Under the pieces are notes generated by a model. The model ran no database searches. It was not told the origin of the DNA and was given only the letters and a program-made list of their open reading frames with translations. 64,000 nt of DNA from NCBI GenBank assembly GCA_943354605.1, contig CALRCK010000002.1, positions 135,186 to 199,185 on the forward strand, in the 5' to 3' direction. Position numbers and translations under genes: made by a program. The DNA comes from Candidatus Uhrbacteria bacterium. Lineage in GTDB: Bacteria > Patescibacteriota > Patescibacteriia > UBA9934. Shown piece by piece: positions 57,620-64,000 of the stretch. Positions within the stretch are counted from its first letter, which is position 1, and every line of letters begins with the position of its first letter.

Positions 57620-57681
57620 AGATTGCTGAGAGTATACCGAAAACACCAAGGCCCGCCAAACGGCAGGCCTTGTGTTGAAAT

Positions 57682-57945
57682 TTACTCGTGGTTGTGACCT
57701 TCGTGACCCTTCATTTTCTTTGCTGGAGCCTTCTTGACCGTCTTGGCAATAGCCTTCTTTACCTCTGCAGCGCCCTGCTTTGCGACGTTGCGATCGCCGT
57801 ACGCTCCGCAGTTCTTACATGCGCGGTGTGGCAAGAGAATCGCCTCACACTTTGCACATACTGCAACCTGCTGTGGTTTGAGAGCGTGGTGGGAGCGGCG
57901 TCGGCGAACCTTGGAACGTGAGCTTCGGAATGACGGCAATGGCAT
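57682..57945 (-). CDS. rpmF: 50S ribosomal protein L32 with Lys/His-rich C-terminal extension
   Basis: L32 core with C-x2-C...C-x2-C, followed by a KKAIAKTVKKAPAKKMKGHEGHNHE tail. Confidence 0.85.
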   Translation of the reverse strand: MPLPSFRSSRSKVRRRRSHHALKPQQVAVCAKCEAILLPHRACKNCGAYGDRNVAKQGAAEVKKAIAKTVKKAPAKKMKGHEGHNHE

Positions 57946-57971
57946 AAACGATATTTATAGGATTTCTTTAT

Positions 57972-58072
57972 TTGCGACAAATTTGGGTGCGCGACGAGAA
58001 AAGCTTTCGAGACGTACGTATTGGTACGTTGAGAAAGTTTTCGATGTCGCAAGGCCAAAGTTGGCCAAATAA
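57972..58072. repeat. structured about 110-nt dispersed repeat, copy E (upstream of rpmF, bordering the GC-rich islet)
   Basis: Same family. Outer stem gaaaagctttc/gaaagttttc is compensatory. Confidence 0.8.
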
Positions 58073-58142
58073 AGGAATCCGTGAATGCGCAAAGAGTAGC
58101 CAAATATCCAATTGACGTCAAGCCAGAAATAGGGCTATTCTC

Positions 58143-59483
58143 TTGCACCGGCGCAACCGCGCAGGCAGCAAGAAACCCAGAAACCCGGACATTCCCGTGA
58201 TCGACCCGACCGAACGCCGTTCCCCGCTCTTCACCACACTCCTCCCCACCTCGCTCTACGCGGTTCTCGCCAACGTCGATGCGAACGGCAATCTGCCGTC
58301 CGCAGACAGCGGCGGCACCCAGGGCGGCGTCATCTTCCTCCCGGACGGGAACTGCGAGGCCCTCGGGACGAACCTCTGGATCGTCCGCCACGGCACGCGC
58401 CACGTTCCGGAAGGGAAAACGCTCCAGATCTACGCGCCGGGCAACCACCTGGCGAAGGAGATCGGCGGGAACGCGGAGCAGAACCCGTGGTTCGACCAGT
58501 ACGGGGCGCCCTCGCTCGTGGTGTCCGCATTCGAATCCGGTATCACCGGCGCGGACCGCGCCATGGCGCAGGCCATGGCGGACGAGCTCAGCGACATCGA
58601 ATACATGCACGCACTCGACGCGTGCAGCAACGAGATGCTGGCGCATGCGCTCTACACCGACCTACGCGAGCACGTGTCGCTCGAGGAACACCTCGCGAAC
58701 ATCCACGAACTCGAAGGGTTCGCGGACGCGAGCAGTGGCACGATGGGCGACGAGATCCGCGAGTTTCTCGTCGCGATGCGCAATCCGCGCGACAAGATCG
58801 GCCGCTACAACGTGTACCGCAAGGTGCTCATCGTGCGCGCCGTTCAGCGTCGGGCCAAGGGCATCGTGACGGACAAACTCGATCGCGTGCAAGAAATCGT
58901 CGCGGCCCAGAACGCCACGGCGATGTACATCGGCGACGTGGAGCGTTTGGCCGGACGTGCCGCAAGCGTGCTCACCGACAAGCAGCCGTGGTGGACGAGC
59001 AACGGCATCCTGCCGAGCGTCGATCAACACATGCGCCGCAAGTTCGCGAACCGCCTGCGGGGCTACGTGGCCAGTCTCGAATGCATCTACGCCAACCCGT
59101 TCCGTCCGTGGGCAGCCCTCGCGGCGTACCGCATGAACGCGATGGTGATGGGGCTGGAGACGGACCGCTTCCAGGACATCGGCTCCAACTCCGATCACGC
59201 CCGGGGGTACCTGCAGGCGATGCGCGTCCAGGAACGCGTGTCGCGGGGGGTCATGTCGGTTCGGCAAGACGGTGGCATGAGCGCGGCGCATGACGCGCTC
59301 GCTCACGCCATCGACTGGTCGCTGCAGACAGCACCTCGCCTGCGCATCTCCACCGCGAACGTGCGAGAGATCGTTCATGAGAGCCAGGTTGGGCAGCGTA
59401 CCGGGTCCAAGGCGCGGCGGATCGAGGCCTTGCGCAACGTAGAGTGGAACCTGATGGCCGTTGGCGTCGCGCACGCGGCGTAG
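58143..59483 (+). CDS. hypothetical protein encoded in a very GC-rich islet (about 67 percent GC)
   Basis: It is the only frame with protein-like composition across 58.1-59.5 kb. No recognisable motifs. The listed start is TTG; the true start is uncertain (GTG at 58197 or later). Confidence 0.45.
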   Translation: MHRRNRAGSKKPRNPDIPVIDPTERRSPLFTTLLPTSLYAVLANVDANGNLPSADSGGTQGGVIFLPDGNCEALGTNLWIVRHGTRHVPEGKTLQIYAPGNHLAKEIGGNAEQNPWFDQYGAPSLVVSAFESGITGADRAMAQAMADELSDIEYMHALDACSNEMLAHALYTDLREHVSLEEHLANIHELEGFADASSGTMGDEIREFLVAMRNPRDKIGRYNVYRKVLIVRAVQRRAKGIVTDKLDRVQEIVAAQNATAMYIGDVERLAGRAASVLTDKQPWWTSNGILPSVDQHMRRKFANRLRGYVASLECIYANPFRPWAALAAYRMNAMVMGLETDRFQDIGSNSDHARGYLQAMRVQERVSRGVMSVRQDGGMSAAHDALAHAIDWSLQTAPRLRISTANVREIVHESQVGQRTGSKARRIEALRNVEWNLMAVGVAHAA

Positions 59484-59504
59484 ACGGAACACGACGACAA
59501 CACG

Positions 59505-59545
59505 GACGGCCAGGCAACCCTCGGGAAGCCTGGCCGTCATGCGTT
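59505..59545. terminator. bidirectional terminator between the GC-islet ORF and the LysM protein gene
   Basis: acggccaggc-aaccctcgggaag-cctggccgt followed by a T-tract. Confidence 0.6.
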
Positions 59546-59546
59546 T

Positions 59547-62003
59547 CTATTTCTTTTTTTCCTTTTCTTTCGCAGCCTTCATCGCCTGAATCTCCCGCAT
59601 CGCACTATCGAAGGAAACAATCGCGCCAACCGGAATCTTCTTCGCTTGGTCCTCGGAAAGTCCGTTTTCCTGCAGCGTCATGTTTTTCAATCGCGTAATG
59701 CGCGGCGTGCTCCAATTGAGTCCGTTCTCACGCAACATGTGGTGAAGAATCTTATAAATCCATTCCCCCTTTGCCATCACGTGCTGCGTATTGCCTTCTC
59801 GAGGAATATCCTCGTAGGCTTTTGCTGGAACAGATTCGTACCCTGGTCCTGTCGATCCCGCAATCCAGCTTGGTGCGGATTCCGCATGCTGCTGAGCAAT
59901 AGACTGCGAAACATCGTGAGGCTGGTGCTCCACTGAACTAGGAGCTCCGTATGCCGGATGCTGCAATGTCGGCGGCATTTTTCCTTCCATCGCATCCAAC
60001 ATTGAATCCACCGACGCGAGATGAATCGTTTGCCCAATCTGAAGGGTGTCCCAATCCACGCCAGGATTTTCCAAATCGGCGTAATGTTTTAACGTCATGA
60101 TCTTCTCGTGCGTCGGCCGCAATCCCCGATCGTGAATCTTTTCACTGAGCACTTTCCACAACGTTTCACGAGGTGCGACAATATGATCGGTGTTCGGCGC
60201 TTCGGCATGCGTCGCGATTGCTGGTCCCGCGCCCTCTGTGTCTTTGTCGCCTTCACGATCAACGCCAAACGATTCCGACGATCCGTCGTCGATCGTTGGG
60301 TTTTCAAGTGCGCCAGCCACGATATGCGAAGGGTCCGAGTCATTCTCACCGAGCTCGTGAAGTGCAATTGCACCAGCGCCCGCAACAGCACCAAGCCCGG
60401 CAACACCAGCAAACAGTGCGCGAATCTTTGCGCCTGGTGTACGAAGCTGCTTGGACCACCACCCCTCAGGCGCTTCCGAAATAGGTTCTCGTGGAGCATC
60501 CGATGCCGGATGAAGCGCCTCGTGGAGGTTTCGCAAACGTTCCGCATCTCGTTCGCGCTGTTCAGCACGTTGAAGGAGACGTTCACGAGCGCCCTGTATT
60601 GCCACAATGTGCGAACGATCCGCGTTGTTCTCGTAATCCAATCCCTGCATCACTTTCGCAAATGCGTGTTCAACATCTTCCGCAGTAGCGTCGAACGCAA
60701 CGCCAAGCCATTCCTCTGGAGTCTGTTCTCGCACCGATGCTCGTTCAGGGAGAACGTTTGCCATTCGGCCGTGATGCGTTGGAATATCCGAAAAGTCCTC
60801 TTCAGGAGTCGCGACCAGAGGCTTGTGCTCTGGATGCGCCGCGAACCACGCATTCAAGGCTTCAATCCGCGCTTTCACGATAATGAGTTGCGGAATCTCG
60901 TCCGCAACATCGGATTGACTGTCCTCCGACTGCAACGTATCCATCGCGGCAATCACCTCGGGAGACAACGGTCCACGCAACGACTCCACTGAATGCCCCG
61001 TCATCAACGCCAACGACTCAAGAACATCTTCCTCAACTTGGTGGAGCATTTCCAAAATCTCCTGACGATTTTCTCGGGTTTCATTTACGTCGTGTTCTGC
61101 TGCCCTACGACGAGCAACGTCCACACGGTCCTGGAAGCTTTTTTGGATGATGGGGAGTTGCTCGGCAATAATACCGAGCCCTTGCGGATTACCTTCGTAT
61201 GTTTCAACTGTTGCAGGGGGCACATGAGACGATGCCGGAGTTGTCCCAGGATCAGAATGAAAAATATCGCTTTTTTCACCTTTATCATCTGGAACAATAA
61301 ATTCTGAATCCAAATCTCTTGCATCACGAGCATTGCTGTGCGATGGCATGTCCTCTAATTCAGATAACGCACGCGAAGGCGCCTTCGGGGGCTCAAGAGG
61401 TACCGACAATATCTGAACATGCTCCTCAAGCTCGGCACTTCGTTCAGAAGAGATACCCTTTTTCTGCTTTTCACGCTTGTACCACGCCAAAATCTGTTCC
61501 CAAGTCATTGTCCTATTTCGTTGAGCGTTTCCCAACGCTAAACGTTCGAGCATGCGCGAGGTTCGATCCACGCCGGGCGCCTGTCCATGAATACTTTTTG
61601 GGAGAAGCCGAAGAACTGTTTCCAATCGCTCAGAACGTCGTCCAAACTTTTTCTGCGCTTGCGTGATGAGATGCTCAAGAAATCCAAGAACAGCCAATTC
61701 GTGTTCATGCTCTGGTGTTGATTCCCAATGTCCATCCGGACCATGTCCGGCTTCCTGCCTGTCACGCATCAAAAAATACCGCTGACGAGCTCTTCCCCAA
61801 ATAGGATCCGCAAACGAAGGGTGTTCCTTGACCATTCGATCAAATCGGCGCTGTGCTTCACCGTTGCGTCGTTCTGCCTCGGTCATTCCTTTATGAAACT
61901 CCGCGTCTAATCGCAAAAACACCTCTGGAGCATCGCGCCTCGATCTCCCCCCAGGAGGCGTGTTCCCAGGAGTGAGTAATTCTTTCATGGACATATTGCA
62001 CAC
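59547..62003 (-). CDS. large hypothetical membrane-anchored protein with two C-terminal LysM-like domains
   Basis: 818 aa. Acidic, low-complexity N-terminal half, one transmembrane segment (IRALFAGVAGLGAVAGAGAIAL), then two about 50-aa segments matching the LysM pattern (...TLWKVLSEK...LQIGQTIHL and ...EWIYKILHHM...IPVGAIVSF). Confidence 0.5.
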   Translation of the reverse strand: MCNMSMKELLTPGNTPPGGRSRRDAPEVFLRLDAEFHKGMTEAERRNGEAQRRFDRMVKEHPSFADPIWGRARQRYFLMRDRQEAGHGPDGHWESTPEHEHELAVLGFLEHLITQAQKKFGRRSERLETVLRLLPKSIHGQAPGVDRTSRMLERLALGNAQRNRTMTWEQILAWYKREKQKKGISSERSAELEEHVQILSVPLEPPKAPSRALSELEDMPSHSNARDARDLDSEFIVPDDKGEKSDIFHSDPGTTPASSHVPPATVETYEGNPQGLGIIAEQLPIIQKSFQDRVDVARRRAAEHDVNETRENRQEILEMLHQVEEDVLESLALMTGHSVESLRGPLSPEVIAAMDTLQSEDSQSDVADEIPQLIIVKARIEALNAWFAAHPEHKPLVATPEEDFSDIPTHHGRMANVLPERASVREQTPEEWLGVAFDATAEDVEHAFAKVMQGLDYENNADRSHIVAIQGARERLLQRAEQRERDAERLRNLHEALHPASDAPREPISEAPEGWWSKQLRTPGAKIRALFAGVAGLGAVAGAGAIALHELGENDSDPSHIVAGALENPTIDDGSSESFGVDREGDKDTEGAGPAIATHAEAPNTDHIVAPRETLWKVLSEKIHDRGLRPTHEKIMTLKHYADLENPGVDWDTLQIGQTIHLASVDSMLDAMEGKMPPTLQHPAYGAPSSVEHQPHDVSQSIAQQHAESAPSWIAGSTGPGYESVPAKAYEDIPREGNTQHVMAKGEWIYKILHHMLRENGLNWSTPRITRLKNMTLQENGLSEDQAKKIPVGAIVSFDSAMREIQAMKAAKEKEKKK

Positions 62004-62065
62004 ATTTTATCACAAGAAAACTTCCCCATCATGAGGAAGCTTTCTATACACACCCGCCCAACAAT

Positions 62066-64000
62066 TTACTTTTCATTCTGCTCCGCTGTCGCCCCCGCAA
62101 CCACGGTTGCCGTAGCAACCATGTCGCCTGCTTGCTTGAAGCGCATCACTCGTACTCCTTGCGTTGCACGACCGATAACAGACACGGATGTCACCGACGT
62201 GCGAATGATCTGTCCGCCTTGCGACATGATGAGTAAGTCGCGCGAGTCTTCCATTTCTGTAACGTACGCACACACGAGCTTTCCTGTTTTTGCGGTAATT
62301 TGTGCCGTCTTGATTCCGGATCCGCCACGGCCCTGAATGCCGTATTCCTCGATATCCGTTCGCTTTCCGTACCCATTTCCCATAATCGTGAGAAGCTGCC
62401 GACCTTCTTTCTGCGCTTCGGCAGTGATCACTTCCATGCCGATAATCTCGTCGTCGCCCTTCAGCTTCATGCCACGAACGCCAGCTGCAACACGGCCCAT
62501 CGCACGAACGTCATCCTCGTCAAAACGAATAGACATTCCATTCATCGTCGCCAACATCACCTGGTCCTTGCCGGTGGATGTTCGGACCCACTGCAAGTTG
62601 TCACCGTCATTCAGCTTGATCGCTATCAACCCCGACTTTCGCACGTTCTCAAAATCTTCAAGTTTTGTTTTCTTAATGGTTCCGCGATTCGTCACCATCA
62701 TGATGTACTTTGCACCAAGTTGCTTTTTGAGATTGCCAACGAGCACCGATGTGACCTTCTCACCTGGTCCAAGCTCGAGGAAGTTCACGATCGCCTGACC
62801 CTTTGCCGTACGCGATGCTTCTGGAATATCGTACGCCTTCAAACGGAACACCCGGCCACGAGACGTGAAGAACATCATATCTTCATGCGTCGTCGCAGAG
62901 TAGATTGCTTCGATCGCATCTTCTTCTTTCGTGGTAAGACCGATAACGCCTTTTCCGCCACGAACTTGCTGCGTGAATGTGTCTGGCGGAAGGCGCTTGA
63001 TGTATCCGTCTTTCGTCATCATAACGACCGCTGGAACGTCTGCGATAATGTCTTCCATCGAAAATTCCTTCACGCCACTCTTCACAATCTTTGTTCTACG
63101 TTCGTCACCAAACTTTTCTGCAAGCTCGACAAGCTCACCACGCAACACAGCGAGCAATTTCTTTTCGCTCTTCAAAATAGCCTCAAGAGCTTCCTTAATT
63201 TTCATCTTCTCTGCGTACTCTTGTTCAATTCGTAATTGCTCCAGGTTTGCCAATGCCTGCAAGCGCATTTCCAAAATCGCGATCGCCTGACGTTCGCTCA
63301 TGGAGAATTGCTTCATGAGGTTTACGCGTGCTTCATCCTTGTCCTTCGATTTCTTAATGGTGGCAATCACCTTGTCGATGTTCGCAAGCGCAATACGTAA
63401 ACCATCCAAAATATGCAGACGATCGTCGATGCGAGCAAGGTCGTATTCCGTACGACGTCGTACAACCACCTTTCGATGCTTGATGTGCTCTTCCAAAATT
63501 TGCTTCACGTTCAACACGCGAGGCTGAATGCCGTCCACTAGTGCGAGCATGTTGTAGTGGAACGTGGTTTGCAGCTGCGTCGCCTGATACAACCGGTTGA
63601 GCACCTTTCGTGGATATGCATCTTTTTTCAACTCGATAACGATGCGAACGCCTTCTTTGTTGCTCTCGTCGCGAATGTCCTTAATACCCTCAAGCTTCTT
63701 TTCACGAACAAGATCGGCAATCTTTTCAATAAGCGAGCTCTTATTCACCAGATACGGAATTTCCGAAACAATAATGGACGACGCATCCTTTTTGCCTTCC
63801 ACAATATCCACCTTTGCGCGGACGACGACTCCCCCACGGCCCGTGGCATATGCTGCGCGCAAATCGTTTGCGCCGTACACAATGCCGCCGGTTGGAAAAT
63901 CTGGACCAGGCATCACTTCCACAATCTCGTCGATGGACGTGTCGGGATTATCGATGAGCTTCAAAATTGCCGTGCTGATTTCCTTCACGTTGTGCGGAGG
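62066..64000 (-). CDS. gyrA: DNA gyrase subunit A (C-terminal part; the 5' end of the gene is beyond the window)
   Basis: Contains EVMPGPDFPTGG and a GyrA-box-like QQVRGGKG in the beta-pinwheel C-terminal domain. The ORF continues past position 64000. Confidence 0.9.
   Translation of the reverse strand, partial: PPHNVKEISTAILKLIDNPDTSIDEIVEVMPGPDFPTGGIVYGANDLRAAYATGRGGVVVRAKVDIVEGKKDASSIIVSEIPYLVNKSSLIEKIADLVREKKLEGIKDIRDESNKEGVRIVIELKKDAYPRKVLNRLYQATQLQTTFHYNMLALVDGIQPRVLNVKQILEEHIKHRKVVVRRRTEYDLARIDDRLHILDGLRIALANIDKVIATIKKSKDKDEARVNLMKQFSMSERQAIAILEMRLQALANLEQLRIEQEYAEKMKIKEALEAILKSEKKLLAVLRGELVELAEKFGDERRTKIVKSGVKEFSMEDIIADVPAVVMMTKDGYIKRLPPDTFTQQVRGGKGVIGLTTKEEDAIEAIYSATTHEDMMFFTSRGRVFRLKAYDIPEASRTAKGQAIVNFLELGPGEKVTSVLVGNLKKQLGAKYIMMVTNRGTIKKTKLEDFENVRKSGLIAIKLNDGDNLQWVRTSTGKDQVMLATMNGMSIRFDEDDVRAMGRVAAGVRGMKLKGDDEIIGMEVITAEAQKEGRQLLTIMGNGYGKRTDIEEYGIQGRGGSGIKTAQITAKTGKLVCAYVTEMEDSRDLLIMSQGGQIIRTSVTSVSVIGRATQGVRVMRFKQAGDMVATATVVAGATAEQNEK

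Noticed and set aside
57759-59540. Multiple overlapping ORFs in the 67 percent GC islet (57759-58646 minus, 58279-58869 plus, 58487-59293 plus, 58662-59540 minus).
   Set aside because: Their R/A/P/G-rich composition is typical of stop-poor frames in high-GC DNA. Only the 58143-59483 frame has balanced, protein-like composition.

Overview
This 64 kb window is almost entirely minus-strand housekeeping genes from a small-genome bacterium. Bulk GC is near 50 percent, interrupted by several islets of about 60-68 percent GC.

Genes recognised, in order: dacA-like carboxypeptidase, scpB, scpA, a secreted cupredoxin protein, archaeal-type aspS next to asnS, a doc toxin, recO, ruvX, map, adk and secY. 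Then a long ribosomal-protein operon running rplO-rpsE-rplR-rplF-rpsH-rpsZ-rplE-rplX-rplN-rpsQ-rpmC-rplP-rpsC-rplV-rpsS-rplB-rplW-rplD-rplC, then rpsJ and tuf. Further on come rpsL-rpsG-fusA, an M50 protease, murA, ndk, comEC, leuS, an rsmB-like methyltransferase, rarA, an MsbA-like ABC exporter, a LOG-family protein, trxB, trxA, infB, hicB/hicA, a second adenylate-kinase-like gene, a NUDIX hydrolase, truB, rny, hup, tRNA-Lys(CTT), tRNA-Arg(TCG), rnc, nusB, rpmF, a large LysM-domain protein and the 3' part of gyrA, which runs off the window edge.

The ribosomal cluster has no rpmD (L30) between rpsE and rplO, and no infA-rpmJ-rpsM-rpsK-rpoA block follows map. That gene set is compatible with a CPR/Patescibacteria-like lineage, but this is an inference.

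The most unusual content is non-coding:
- A family of about 110-nt repeats, six copies, with a conserved palindromic hairpin and flanking stems that differ between copies while staying complementary.
- Tandem arrays of a 13-bp palindrome (CTAACTTAGTTAG, 16-nt period) sitting at -3 to -55 of four minus-strand start codons.
- A REP-like paired 15-bp palindrome (CAACCCTTAGGGTTG), four copies.
- A MITE-like inverted-repeat element, three intergenic copies plus arm fragments inside comEC and leuS.

Accessory content:
- An insertion of about 3.4 kb, of mixed GC, splits tuf from the rpsL-rpsG-fusA operon.
- Several single-gene GC-rich islets.
- A doc toxin with a small unannotated upstream ORF.
- A hicBA pair.
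- A SemiSWEET-like ORF broken by an in-frame TAA.
- An AT-rich islet abutting the tRNA-Lys 3' end.

No rRNA, CRISPR array or recognisable transposase or integrase was seen. The ORF track calls GTG/TTG starts as M, so many gene starts below were trimmed to the first plausible ATG.
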